This document shows, in pieces, positions 32,556 to 47,182 of a DNA stretch of 64,000 nucleotides. Made by a program: the position numbers and the translations under genes. Under the pieces are notes generated by a model. It was not told where the DNA came from, made no database searches, and saw only the letters and a list, made by a program, of their open reading frames with translations. Each line of letters starts with the position of its first letter. The first letter of the stretch is position 1. Source of the stretch: the human T2T-CHM13v2.0 reference genome, Homo sapiens; NCBI RefSeq assembly GCF_009914755.1, contig NC_060938.1; one strand, 5' to 3'.

Positions 32556-33531
32556 ATACATACATATATATTTTTTCAAAAACCCTAAGCACAATGGAGC
32601 TACATTATCACTAAATTCATGATGGCTCAGAACTCAGTGTAATTCAGGCCTGTTTTAGAAACAGAAAGTAGATACACACTAGAAATAACCACATAGACAT
32701 TTGTATACAAATTGTTATCTACAAAATTATGGCACCCTAAGTCCAAAGAATGGCATTGCTGCGAGATCCCAGAGCCCCCAGAACAGAGCTATCCACCTAA
32801 CAGGCTCTGAATAAACATCAGCTGAAAGAATGACTCATTTATTCCAGAATATGCAAACCAAAGATAAAACTAGATATGGCAGATAAGTCCATACTAAAGA
32901 TTTCACTCACATACTACCTCACAATAAGTCACAACCCGAGAATCATCTCACCATCTATTAGTCATTTTATGTTAACCAACTTTCAAGTACTACACCAAAT
33001 AATTTCACATAGAAGTGCCTATGGCTATAACATAAAAAAACGCATACGCATTTAACAGCTTTCCCTACTTGACTGGGCCAGCAAGCATATATTTGCATAA
33101 AATATGAAATTTCATGAAATCATAAACCTCAACAGGCATATGAACGAGCACACTGAACAAAACGTTACAAATACAAATGCCCTAACCCTCCCCATGAAAT
33201 GAATATAGCATTAAAACATTTAACTAAAAAGCAGTACACACCTTTAATGCAATTTTGACTCTTTTAATCTTTTTGACCTTTTCAACTGTCTTTGGCCGAC
33301 AATGTAAAAAGCAGATTGGAAGAATGTTAGTATGACAGCTGACAAGATCACCAGCAGATTAATAATAGAATAGTCAAGCACGACAGGAAAAAGAAGATTT
33401 TTTAAATTCTGCCTACTTCAAAAAGTACAAATATATTATGCTACTCAGAATACTGGCCATTTTCAAATTACTTCAAGTTAAAAACAAACATATTTTTAAA
33501 ATCTAAAGATAAATCCTATATTATAACTTAC

Positions 33532-33600
33532 GGGATTCAGGGTATTACACTGGTCTATAGGATTCTTGTAATCAGTCTTCAGCTCATCAAATGCTATAAT
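33532..33600 (-). CDS. CNIH1: CNIH1 coding exon 2 (69 bp): IIAFDELKTDYKNPIDQCNTLNP
   Basis: TTTTAG acceptor, GTAAGT donor; conserved cornichon D.L..DY.NP motif. Confidence 0.97.
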
Positions 33601-35048
33601 CTAAAATAAAATTAAAACAGTTAGGACCACTCACTTTAATTAAAAGCAGCAACAAACCTGCCCCATCTTCAAATAATTATTAAAGTTAATAAAACAAGAA
33701 CAAAAGTACACCAAGATCCCAAATACCAATTTACAGTAAACTCATATATGACAAAAAGAACCAGAATGCGATTTAAAGTGAAAACACTCTTATCTCAGTA
33801 TCACTAAAATTTGGTATTACTGTAATAAATACCTTCAATTTTCAATTTCGTCAATGCCTCTGCTCAAGTTATTTCAACTTATCTCTACTCGAAATAATCT
33901 TCTGAGTAGAAAAATAATTTCAACTGTTTATCCAAATTCCTCTTTATCCTAAAAAAAAAACAAACCTTCCTAGGTCAACTTCTTTCTGCAGGCTTTCCTA
34001 ACTCCTTTGGGCAGAAGTAATTGCCCACATCTCCACACAGCATGGGACTCTATAATGCCATCGATATGGCTTTTCTCACCCTGGAGTGTGGTATTTACAC
34101 ACAGGTCTGTCTGCCCCTCTACACTCTCAGGGAGAAGGACCATTTTTATTTATCTGTGCATGCTCCTCCTCCCTTGGCACAGTGCTCAGTGGGACACTAG
34201 AGATGGATTCGAACTCTTCAATGTGTTCCCATTGGTGCCCAAACACATACATTTGTAAGGATGCTTTTGTCCACACTCTGGAGGAATGTGGCTTCAACCT
34301 CAAGGGTCACTAGAATGTACATTAAGAGTCAAAATAGGGACTCTGCACCACTTTGTGGCATCATTTCAGGTGACAAAGAAAGAAAACAAAGGCAGCAAGT
34401 TGATGGGGGAGCCATTTTAGTTGCTAACACTACTCACCCCAGGGACACACAAACTAAGCTACCCTTCCCTTAATGAGTTAGGAATAGTATCTTTATATGT
34501 GAAAGTGTTGCTCAATATTATCAGTAATCAGTAAAGTTACATATTTCCATCTTTTAACATGACTGTTTATTTCCCTGTTAAAATTTAGATTCATAAAAAG
34601 ACGGTTTTTTTTAATTTCTAGAGTTCCATAAAATTCACCCACCTGCCCTAATAAAAACTCCAACCAAACAACAATAGAAGGAAAATAATAAAACATTAGA
34701 ATGTAATCTCTGAAAGAACAAAGATTGTTGTATTTACTATTATGTCCCAGGGCCTAAAATATAAAATAGTGCCTGGCACATAGTTAAGTGTTCAATAAAT
34801 ATTAACTGGAAGGAGGGGGTGAAAAAAATAGCACTAGGGATTAAAAAAAAAAAAATGCAGAACTCACCAGGGGGATTTCCCTTGGCTAATGACACCTAAC
34901 ACAAATGTTAAAAACATACATGTGTAATTAGAAAATACTAATTTCTGATTACTTATGGACGTTATTAGTCTGCTACTTGACGTCAGCCGTGGTATATAAC
35001 CCCAATGCATTTTAGTAATAAAGCTCAAGACAAGGATGATAATCATAA

Positions 35049-35483
<435 letters not shown>

Positions 35484-35892
35484 TGAGTGCTATAGGCTAG
35501 GGTTTTCGAACCTCTTCTGAGAATATTCTTAATGATTTTCAAATCTTTTTGCAGCTATGTGGCTGAGCAAAGACACCCACAAAATTTCCTACAGAAGTAT
35601 AACAAAAATAAAACAGATAAATCCCTAAAGATGCCCAAGTACACAATTCAGAATACCTTCCAATTTAATACACATCTTTAAGGAATGACTTTTAAGCTTT
35701 TAATTTTTCAAACAATCTATGCTCCCGACTCTATTCTCCACAGAGCATCAATGACATGAATTAGGACTAAACTGACAGATATAATCATCAGCATAAAAAA
35801 CATTCTCTAATACAGTGATTAATGTAAATAAGATTTTTGGAATGTAATTTAAAAATTGTAAAATGAGTCTTCTGAAAGATACTTCAACTACC

Positions 35893-36305
35893 TGCTAGAG
35901 TTTGGTTTAACTCCTCCAAATCTCAGGTTGAAATCTGATCCCCAATGTTGGAGGCGGGATCTAACGGGAGGTGTTTGGGTCATGGGAGCAGATCCCTCAT
36001 GAATGGTTTGGTGTCATCTTGGAGGGAATAAGTGAGTTCTCCTGCCATTAGGACCCAAGAGAACTGGCTTGTAAACAGCGCCTGGCACCTCCCCCTCTTT
36101 TTCCTTTGCTTTCTCTCACTATGGGATCTCCACACACTACTCCCCCACCATGAGTGGAAGCAGGCTGAGACTTTCACCAGATGCCCAGTCTTATAGTCAG
36201 CAGAATCCTGAGGTAAATAAACCTCTTTTTTCTTTGTAAATTACTCAGCCTCCCGTATTCCTGTATAGCAACACTATAAACACTATAAAGGAATGGACTA
36301 AGATA
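35893..36305 (+). mobile_element. MST (MSTB-like) MaLR solo LTR
   Basis: GTTGAAATCTGATCCCCAATGTTGGAGG...AATAAACCTCTTTT...GGACTAAGATA. Confidence 0.85.
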
Positions 36306-36671
36306 CTACCTAAGATGATAAACATAAGGTTATATGGGTAATAGAAAAATTAAAACTATCTATTTATTTAGAATTGTTTCCAAAAGGATACTAATTCTCT
36401 GAATGAAGAAATCCCTAAGCATAAAAGCTCTCCACGAATCTGCGGTATAATTTTTTTTTCATTGTATAACACGACTTAAAATTATTTACTTCACCCAGAC
36501 ACGCATTTGTTTAAGCTGAAATTACCCATTTTTTGAAAGTGCGGTTCAGGTTTTCCTTAAGCCAAACACAACCTGGTTCAAAACGTAAAAATGTGAAAAA
36601 GCCTACCCCACCACTCTAAGAATCCCCATCATCCCAGAAAAAAGGAATACCCATCAAGCAGAATGACTTAA

Positions 36672-37030
<359 letters not shown>

Positions 37031-38029
37031 TCATCAGAGGCCTACTAAGGTTGAGCTAGTCTGTATCCCAAATTATCTTAGGTATTGTTCTTCCATCAAA
37101 GCAGGGCTGAAGATGCTCTTCAAATTACTGCTCCTACTGACAAGCATTCTGAGGTAGCAGTTATTTCCGACACAGTTAATAGCCTACATAAGTATTCCTG
37201 ATTACAATAAGCAGTCAGGTCCTAAAATAATTGTAAACATAATCACACTGCTTAGCAAAAAGGAATGGATTTGTGATATGCTTCCACTTTCGAGACTTTT
37301 TTGCACAAGACGCTGCTGCTGTTTAATCATTCTGCCCCTCCGTATGTTTCATAGAAATCCTTGTTACTGGCATGATGAAACCTGACTTAAAATCTACGTA
37401 AGAGTGAACGCGGTCATTCAAATTAAAAGCAACATTCCAGAAGGCACTGGAATATGGGGAAAAGAGAAGCAAGTATGAGATAAATTTTTAATGAATGATT
37501 TCCAGAAGGCTCTCAAGGCTTTTAATTTTGTGCTAAAGCAACAGAAATTCTTATCTCTGTAGAACTATGTCACAGGGAACTTACGACTTTTTCCTTAGAG
37601 GGACCAGTAAGGCTGTGCTTCCACCCTGCAATAGTGATGATGATGTGTGTAACAGAAATAAATACTGCCCCAGAAAAGCTTAAGGTTTCTGAGCATCTCA
37701 AAATCAAATGAAAACTCCCTCTACTAAATCAAGCAATCCTGAATATAAGGGTGGCTTGGAAAGCTGCCTGTTGAAACTCCAGCGGTCAAAGTATGATTTG
37801 GGGGGGAAACGCGCACATGCAATCAACAAAGTAATCAATTGAACTTGCATCAAAGTTCACCAGGAAACAACAATCTGGAAAAAGAGAAAAAAAGTGATTT
37901 GATTTGAAGAGCACCGAAGAAGTGCTGAAAAGTAGAGTTGGAAATTCACCCTAAGTAGGTTACATTTTGGCCACAGTTCTGTGGAAACCCTAAAAGAAAG
38001 TCAATCTGTATTAACAAAAATTCGGAAAA

Positions 38030-38705
38030 CTTCATTCACACTACGGCCGTCCCACCGCGCTGTCGACATCCTCCCCGGGAATGCAGGGCCGCGGGCCGGC
38101 AGAGGTCGGTGCGAACGCAGCGCGGAACCGCGGGCGCCCGCCTGGACCGCGGCCGCCCCATCCAGTAGGGGAGGAGTAGCGGTGCGCGCGGCCTGTGCCG
38201 AGGCAACGCGGGCGCGTCCACCTGGCGACTGCGCGCCCCGGCTCCTCCAGTACCCGCGGCCCCCAGACCCCTCGCCGCGCGGCCCGTGCCAGCCGGGCCG
38301 CATCCCCGAGGCGCAAAGCCCCGGCGGCCGTGGCGGCCCGGACCGCGGGCCCGGGGCGAAAAGAGGCTGTGTTGCCGCCTCGCCCTCCTTTCCCCAGCCC
38401 CAGCTACTCACGTGCCAAATGGCGAAGAAGATGAGCGCGGCAGTGAGCAGCAGCGCCAGCATGTAGCAGAAGGCCGCGAACGTGAACGCCATGGCTGGGG
38501 AGGAGGAGCGGGGAGCGGCGCCGTTGCCAGCGGAGAAAGGCGGCGCAGGGCCCTCTGGGTAAAACCATTCACTTCCCCCGGCCACAGCCGCGACCGCCAC
38601 CGCTACCGCCGCGGCGCCAGCCCTCTCAGCGCGCCTGCGCACCAGCCCAGCCGCCCCGGCGCCCTCTGATGGCCGGAGTCTGCGTTGCACTGACATTGTC
38701 CGCAC
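38030..38705. promoter_or_regulatory. CNIH1: CpG island / CNIH1 promoter and first exon
   Basis: Very high GC and CpG density around the start codon; GC boxes, GGAAGT ETS-like site near 38571-38576. Confidence 0.92.
38412..38492 (-). CDS. CNIH1: CNIH1 coding exon 1 (81 bp): [27 protein letters not shown]
   Basis: GCCATGG Kozak start at 38492; GTGAGT donor at 38411; cornichon N-terminus. Confidence 0.98.
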
Positions 38706-38739
38706 AGTTGTTGATTGATTTTTCCTTCCTTCTTGCGTT

Positions 38740-39260
38740 TATTCTTTCAACAAATATTTATTGAATGAATGCCTAGTTTGTTACAGGTACCGCGCTTCTC
38801 GCTTCAGATACAAAGATGAATAAGATAGTACCTGCACTGAAAGAACTTAGTATAGTGCCGGAAATGAACACCTAAATAAATAATTACGTTATTATAACCC
38901 CGTAAACGGATGTGTGTGGGATGCTCTGAAAGGTCAAAGAAGGACAGCCAGCCCGCCCTGGAGCATTTAGGCAGGATTCCTGCTGTAGGTGTTTCCTAAG
39001 TTGGCCTTAGATGATGATAAGTTCTCCAGGCAAAAAGAAGGTAGAACTGGCAGTCCAAGGAAACAGTTCAGAATGAGGAAACGCAACAGAGATGGAAAAA
39101 AGAAAAGAAAAATAAAGCTTCGTGTCTCAGGTGAAACCAGCAGCAATTCTGTATTAATGGAACCTAAGTGCAAGACAGTGGTGAGACTTAGAAATGAATT
39201 AGCAAGGGATCAGATCATAGAGGGCCTTATAATGCTTCATTACGGAGCTCAGACTTCTTA
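38740..39260 (-). mobile_element. L2 3' fragment
   Basis: TTCAACAAATATTTATTGAATG terminal motif and degenerate L2 body. Confidence 0.7.
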
Positions 39261-39685
39261 TCCCATAAGCCCAAATTTTTTGCTCACCACACACAACTAG
39301 AAAGATTTTTTTCATTGCAACCCAGTGGAATATCATACAGACATCAAGTTATGAAGAGGTGGAAATCTAGTTATAGAGGCAAAGAAATATAGATATGACC
39401 AAAACAAAAATTTCACAAAACTGTACTAATGATCCATAAGTACTTTCCCTTCTCTCTTTTGCTACTTGTTTTTAATGCTGGTCTTAACACACAAAATTGA
39501 TTCAAAATTGATTTAACTTTCCATTACAACCATTTTTAAAAGAAAAAAACTCTATTAACTGATTGCTGCTGATGGAAGAGAAAATCATTGAAGGCTTTTG
39601 AGCAAAAGAAGACCATGTTTAGATTTGCATTAAAGATCGTTCACCTAGCAAATTGCGTAGAATAGTTTAGAAGCAGGGTCTGTCC

Positions 39686-39868
39686 AGTGCTGTGCAATAG
39701 AACCTTCTGTGATGGTGAAAATTTTCGATACCTAAACATTGCCCAATAAAGTAGCCACTAGCCACATGTGGCCATTGGGCACTTGTAAATTGTCTAGCAT
39801 GACTGAGGAACTGAACTTTAAATTTCACATCACTTTAAGTAAAATGTGGCTAGTGTATTGGACAGTAC
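39686..39868. mobile_element. MER3/MER33-like hAT-Charlie element
   Basis: GTAGCCACTAGCCACATGTGGCCATTG...GACTGAGGAACTGAA core. Confidence 0.75.
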
Positions 39869-39922
39869 AACCTGTACCACCAGGATTATGTGGCACCTGT
39901 GTGCAAATTATCAAGTTACTTT

Positions 39923-40033
39923 TGGCCAGGCACAGCAGCTCATGCCTGTAATCCTAACACTTTGGGAGGCCAAGACAGGAGGATCACTTGAGCTCAGGAA
40001 TTCAAGACCAGCCTGGACAAGGTAATGAGATCT
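39923..40033 (+). mobile_element. Alu left monomer (FLAM/AluJ) split by LTR12C; resumes at 41620
   Basis: GGCCAGGCACAG...GAGATCT, then CATCTCTA after the LTR. Confidence 0.85.
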
Positions 40034-41615
40034 TGAGAGGTGACAGCGTGCTGGCAGTCCTCACAGCCCTCACTCACTCTCGGCGCCTCCTCTGCCTGGG
40101 CTGCCACTTTGGCGGCACTTGAGGAGCCCTTCAGCCCACCGCTGCACTATGGGAGCCCCTTTCTGGGCTGGCCAAGGCCAGAGCCAGCTCCCTCAGCTTG
40201 CAGGGAGGTGTAGAGGAAGAGGCGCGAGGGGTAACCGGGACTGCGCAGGGTGCTTGCGGGCCAGCTGGAGTTCCGGGTTGGCGTGGGATTGGCGGGACCC
40301 ACACTCGGAGCAGCCGGCCGCCCCTGCCGGCCCCGGGTGATGAGGGGCTTAGCACCCGGGCCAGTGGCTGCAGAGGGTGTACTGGGTCCCCCAGCAGTGC
40401 CAGCCCACCGGCGCTGCACTCGATTTCTCACCGGGCCTTAGCTGCCTTCCCGCGGGGCAGGGCTCGGGACCTGCAGCCCGCCATGCCTGAGCCTCCCACC
40501 CCCTCCATGGGCTCCTGTGCAGCCCAAGCCTCCCCAGCGAGCGCCACCCCCTGCTCCATGGCGCCCAGTCCCATCGACCACCCAAGGGCTGAGGAGTGCG
40601 GGTGCACGGCGCGGGACTGGCAGGCAGCTCCACCTGCAGCCCCGGTGTGGGATATGCTGGGTGAAGCCAGCTGGGCTCCTGAGTCTCGGGGGGAAGTGGA
40701 GAACCTTTATGCCTAGCTCAGGGATTGTAAATATACCAATCAGCACTCTGTATCTAGCTCAAGGTTTGTAAACACACCAATCAGCACCCTGTGTCTAGCT
40801 CAGGGTTTGGGAATGCACCAATGTGCACTCTGTATCTAGCTTCTCTGGTGAGGCCTTGGAGAACCTTTATGTCTAGCTCGGGGATTGTAAATACACCAAT
40901 CAGCACTCTGTATCTAGCTCAAGGTTTGTAAACACACCAATCAGCACCCTGTATCTAGCTCAGGGTTTGTGAGTGCACCAATGGACACTCTGTATCTAGC
41001 TACTCTGGTGGGGCCTTAGAGAACCTTTGTGTGGATGCTCTGTATCTAAGTAATCTGGTGGGGACGTGGAAAACCTTTGTGTCTAGCTCAGGGATTGTAA
41101 ACGCACCAATCAGCGCCCTGTCAAAACAGACCACTCGGCTCTACCAATCAGCAGGACATGGGTGGGGCCAGATAAGAGAATAAAAGCAGGCTGCCGGAGC
41201 CAGCGGGGACAACCCGCTGAAGTCCAGTTCCACGGTGCGGGAGATTTGTTTTTTTGCTCCTTGCAATAAATCTTGCTACTGCTTTCTCTTTGGTTCCACA
41301 CTGATTTTATGAGCTGTCACACTCACCACAAAGGTCTGCAGCTTCATTCCTGAACCCAGCAAGACCACGAGCCCACAGGGAGAAACGAACAATTCCAGAC
41401 GCACCGCCTTAACAGCTGTAACGCTGCGAAGGTCTGTAGCTTCACTTCTGAGCCAGCGAGACCACGAACCACCAGGAGGGAAAAAACTCCGAACGCTTCC
41501 GAACATCAGAAGGAACAAACGCCAGACGCGCCATCTTAAGAGCTGTAACACTCACCACGAGGGTCCGCGGCTTCATTCTTGAAGTCAGACCAAGAACCCA
41601 CCAATTCCAGGCACA
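40034..41615 (+). mobile_element. LTR12C (ERV9) full-length solo LTR, 1582 bp
   Basis: TG...CA termini, 4-bp TSD ATCT (40030-40033, 41616-41619), GC-rich 5' U3, CCAAT tandem repeats, GATA + AATAAAA promoter 41171-41185, AATAAA 41265-41270, U5 repeats. Confidence 0.96.
40701..41148 (+). promoter_or_regulatory. ERV9 enhancer tandem repeat array (8 CCAAT boxes, TATCTA GATA-like sites)
   Basis: CCAAT at 40736, 40777, 40818, 40896, 40937, 40978, 41106, 41144; about 41-bp subunits in a 160-bp higher-order repeat (40701/40861/41021). Confidence 0.9.
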
Positions 41616-42599
41616 ATCTCATCTCTATTTCTTTTTTAAAATAATAAAATCCAATAACATTTTTTGTAAAGTTACTTTCTGCAGATGGACAGAGGCCCAC
41701 CCCAGAGTGTAGGAACACAAGCTATACTTCAGCCCCACCAACCCTGGTCGTGCACCTATGTGCAGTGCACAAACTGCCCAACTGTGCACAATGACCCTGA
41801 TTAGAGGAGTGTTAGATTGGAAATCGGGTCCCACGGCAATGGTCCAAGCAAAAGTTGCTATGGATCTGAACTAGAGCAGTGGAAGGTGGGAAGGAAAGGG
41901 GTAAACATGCTTGATAGTAGTTGGGAGACAAGCTCAGCTGAACTTGATTAACTGGATGCCCTGGTGAAAGCGAAGAAGGAGGCAAATGATATTTAATTCA
42001 GTACTTAAGGCCACGGGCACGGCAGAACGCAGCATCAGGCAATATTTATGCAAGAGAACTCACAATCTAATGAAAGGCAGATGCAGCTTTCTGGGCTCGG
42101 GAGAGAGAGTTTGCAGGGAACTACTCAAGCCAAACCATGAAATCGAACCCCCTTTTTCCAGATGAATCCCATCTACAACTTGGGAAATGATGTTTCATCA
42201 CCAGATACCAAGAAATCCTACCTTTTGGCAACAAGTTTTTCTCCGGCTTCACTTGAAATGTGTGTTTTCCTTCTCTGCTGACTAGGCTAGCACCTTATCT
42301 CATAGAATGAAACTGTCTCCCAGGCACCCACCCTTAATTAGAAGGGGCTACCCCTATTTCACCTGAGGAGAAAGGAAATTTGTAAGAGAAATTTTGCCTG
42401 CCTCAACCCCTACAGCGGTTACATAAAACCCAGGTTCCCCACCAACTTTCTTCAAGGGTAGCATTTTAGGTATTTCAACAAAGGTTTGTTGAGCACCTGT
42501 TCTATGCCAGGTGGAGTGCTGACTGATTCACACAGTTATATAAGCTGCAGTAGGATGAAGCCCCCTTCACATATTACCAGAGCACACAGGTAAACTTTA

Positions 42600-42980
42600 G
42601 GCTTGTGCTGTCTAATACAGGAGCCACTAATCATGTGACTATTTAAATTTAAATTAAGCTGGGCAAGGTAGAACACACCTGCAATTCCAACACTTCAGGA
42701 AGCTGAGGCACAAGGATTGCTTGAGGCCATGGGGTTGGAGGCTGCAGTGAGCCATGGTTGCGCCACTGCACCCCAGCCTGGGTGACAGAATGAAACCTTG
42801 TCTCCAAAAAAAATTTTTAATTAAAAAATAAAAACAAAATTTAAAATTCAGTTCCTCAGCTACGCTAGCCATATTTCCAGCGCTCATATTTCCAGTATTC
42901 AATAGCCTCATGTGGCCACTATATTAGACAGCATAGATATAGGATACCTCCAACATAGAAAGTTCTACTGGGCAGCAGTA
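42600..42980. mobile_element. MER33-like hAT element interrupted by an Alu monomer (about 42657-42820)
   Basis: AAATTCAGTTCCTCAG...CTCATGTGGCC...TTAGACAGCA motifs flanking an Alu arm. Confidence 0.75.
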
Positions 42981-44660
42981 CTTTAGACAATATTAAGCAG
43001 CTATAATCTGTGAGAGAATACACCCTTTTGAAAGAGGATAAAGAGCTAGTTGGATCAACCAACCATAGACAAGGTAGTGAGGAAAATAATGAGTTTACTT
43101 GACATTTTGGAGGACCATTATAGACAGTGAGAAATCTATACTCTCTGTGTTCAAACAATTCCTAGTATTCTTTGGAATTTGCGTTAATTCTTTTAGCCCA
43201 TGGGAGTACTTTTGCAGTAAATACTGAATTAAGTTCCTGCTTTGACTTGCATGTATGAATGGGGCTGGATAATATTTCAAAGAAGGATTAATTTATATGC
43301 TTGTTCTCTCTCTCTCCCTCCTTCTTTCCCCTCCTCCTTCCCTCAAATTCCTTTGTTCAAATTCTTTCCATCAATTTACCATCACTGCCCCCACTAGCCA
43401 TGTTCCCAATCTGGACAGCTAGACACAAGTCAGCTGCTTGGAGCCCTGGAAAACAAAGCCCGCAAATACAAAGCATCTAGTCTAAGAAAAACTTCAGATA
43501 CACAGAAAAAGTTCAGATACACATCTGAGAAATTTTCCAGCACCCTCCCCAACCCCCAACTAGATAAAGCTGGTATTGAGGAAGGGAAGGGGGAGGCGCT
43601 GAGCAGTTAGGAGAACGTGACCTCAAGAAACTTGCAAGGCTCTAAGGAAACAAGCACCACCTTGCCAAACTCCAGGGAGTTGCTTGGCAGCTCAGCTCGG
43701 GGTTTCTGCCAATTGACAGCAAGCCATACTTCACCACTGATCATCCAGGTGGGAGTGAGGCTTGGCACTCTGCCCAGCACTCCTCCAGTGCCAAGGGCAG
43801 GGCAGGTGGGGGCGTAGGATGCTCAGAGACATGGTGGTAACATAAAAGGGAAAGCTCTGCATTGGTGTAAATTTATCCTCAACCAACTAACTAGTGAGGA
43901 CTCCCACAAAGGGAGAATAATAGGAGAACATCTCATCCCAGTTACAAATGCCATATGCAATCCACTATGCTTTCGGATGATCTGGGCCCTTGCCTTGAAT
44001 AATGAGGCACTTCCAAGAGGAAAGAACCCTGGGCACAGAAGACTATAGGTCATCAGTCCCCAGTCTTCCAGAAGATGTTTGTGTAATTGGGGAAGAAGCA
44101 ATTTCACCTGGTAATTAGTGGTGGTTGTGGGTGGGCTATGGATCTAGACATGTGACTCAGACATAAGACTTGGAAAGAATAGTTATGAAGCTGGGGAAAA
44201 TGGGATGCGTAACCGAAAGTGTTGGTTGCTCCCAAACCCACTCCCACTTCTTTCTTGTTGGCAGAGCTCAGAGTTTGTTCAAGGCTTTATGCCCCCTATG
44301 CCACATGCTCAGAAGAGAAGCCTTTCCCAGGATTCTCTTTTTTTTTTTTTTTTTTTTTTGAGAAAAGGTAGCTCTGCCCCTCCAGAACAATGTGTGATTC
44401 TCAGTTATTTTCTGTATGTGGCAGAGCTGACAATGTGTTCATGTTTTTTTCTGCTCACTATGTACATTTCCAAAACCTTGGGTTACGGCAGCATGCAAGT
44501 AGAGAGCTTCAGGCTGCCCAGCAGGATGTAGTTTCTCAATATTGGTGGCTGTGTCATCCATTCTGCCCTTTGCACTGGGAGTGCCTGTTACACAACCATG
44601 ATGAAGGGAGTTAATGTACAGAAATGACTTAACAATTTCATATGTGCAAAAAAAGTCACT

Positions 44661-45137
<477 letters not shown>

Positions 45138-45149
45138 CTATTGTTCTTA

Positions 45150-46040
45150 ATTTGTATGTGTCTTTCATAAGCCGCATAGTTTAAAGATGGTGAAATGCAC
45201 AGATCTTAAGTGTATAATTCAAGGAGTTTCAATACACATATACACCTACGTAACCTCCCTCCTAAAGACAGAGAACATTTCCATCACCCCACAAAGTTCT
45301 CTCATGACCTACCCCCTAGGCAACAATTGTTCTGCTTTCTAGTACCATGGATGAGTTTTACGGGTCCTTCAACTTCACTAAATGGAATCATATGATATGT
45401 ATTCTTGGTGTCTGCTTTGTTTTGGCTCAGCATAATCTTTTGGGGTTTTCTCTTCAAAATTCATCCATATTGCTGCATGTATCAGCAGTTCATTCACTTT
45501 TTAAAAATCAACTTTATTAAGGTATAATTTACAGAAAATAATATTTACCCATTTTAAGGGCACAGTCAATGAGTGTATGGAAAATTATACACTCACCCAC
45601 CCACAATCAAAATGTTCAACATTTACAATACCCAAAAAATTTCCACCATGGTGCTTCCTAACCCACAGCCAAGGCAACCACTCATCTGCTTTCTGGCATT
45701 ATAGATTAGATTGGTCTTTTCTAGACCATCATATCATTGAAATTATATAGTATGTACTCTTGTCTGGCTTCTTTCATTCAGCATATTTCTGAAATTCACC
45801 CATCTTGTGTTTTCACAGGGTTTTTTTTCATTGCTCTGTAACATTCCACTGTATGAATATATCACAATTTGTTTATCTGTTCTCCTATTTATGGACATCT
45901 GGGCTATTTTTAATCTGGAGCTATTATAGACAAATCTGTAACATACATTCTTGTACATGTCTTTTTCTGAATATGTATTTTCTTTTCTCTTGGGCAGATA
46001 CATAGGAGCGAAACTGCTGGGTTATGGCAAAGGTGCTATA
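45150..46040 (-). mobile_element. Old L1M (L1ME-like) 3' fragments
   Basis: AATGGAATCATATGATATGTA, CTGGCTTCTTTCATTCAGCAT, GAAACTGCTGGG motifs. Confidence 0.8.
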
Positions 46041-47182
46041 TTCTTTATTATGTTTAAGTAACTTTATTCCAACTCCATTTCCCTTTCCAGTGGATTAGTG
46101 AAAAATTCTGTCTCAGGCATTATTGGTGGTCTCCCTTCGGAGAGTCATACTAGTGTCCTGGAAATGTATGTGATCACTGTAGCAGAACGGACAGATATTA
46201 GAATCTTTGCCAAGGTTGGGAACTCCGGTACCTCCTGGCACCCCAGGGTTGTCCTCTCTATGATGCCACTGCCTCCCCACAGCCTACAGAACAGGGGACG
46301 GATCCTTACTGCCTGCAGGACTCACAGATCTCTCTCTCTGATCCCTTCCCAGTTTAGGAAATTAGCTGCTCCCTCCTCTCTCCTAGACCCCCAAAAGCCT
46401 TCACTCACCATCCTCCCACTCTGGGACACCTAGGAAATTCTCTTCAGTGCAATGAGGGCTTTCACAGGAGGCAAGAAGAGCTGTTGATCAGATGGCTTCT
46501 TCTTTCTGTCCTTCCTGCAAAAATTCCCAAGGCAAGGAAGCCTAAAGAGATTCATCACTGTCAAAGTGTGGAGGGAGAGAGGAACACAAGGGGAAAACAC
46601 CAATAATTAGTTCAAGAAATGATTTAGCCACCTTTTAAGTACCAGGGAGTACTCAATCTTATTTTTGGTAGTTTTGCACATTCGATTTCCTGAAGTTGTA
46701 AACTGAATGTCCTCTTTGTTGAATGAAAGAAGTTTTGAAATCTTTGAAAGAAACTAAATGATTCTATGGGACATATTGCTCTCTAATTTCCTTTATTGAA
46801 GATTTTACCATTTGATGTGTGAGTGGGTTAGTCAGGCTCATTGGGATTGCAAGGAAAAGAGTCATGCCCAGGTTTTATCGTTCTACGGAGGTAGACCATA
46901 AGGACACACTCAGAAGTCGAGGAGCTTAGGAAGGGATTGCAGCCTTTGCAAATAGCCTTTTAAAAGACTCTGGAATGCCAGTGACCCAGAACCTGAGAGC
47001 CTCTGAGTGACTAGCATGTGTTGTCCCTCATTCCAGTGGCACATCCCTATGGTAACAACATTATCTCAGGCCCAGGGGCAGCTTTCAGGGGCCATAGAAC
47101 TCAGAGAGTGTTGAACCCACATAGGAACCTAGACCCACCTTAGCAAACTTGACGTTACAGCATCATGCAGCAATTTCTGGGC

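Noticed and set aside
37981-38705. Several long overlapping ORFs (161, 234, 127 aa)
   Set aside because: Stop-poor CpG-island sequence; only 38412-38492 is supported as coding by Kozak context, splice donor and homology
40119-40771. Cluster of ORFs up to 172 aa
   Set aside because: GC-rich LTR12C U3 sequence
40701-41148. Regularly spaced repeats superficially like a CRISPR array
   Set aside because: No unique spacers, no cas genes, primate DNA; these are ERV9 enhancer repeats
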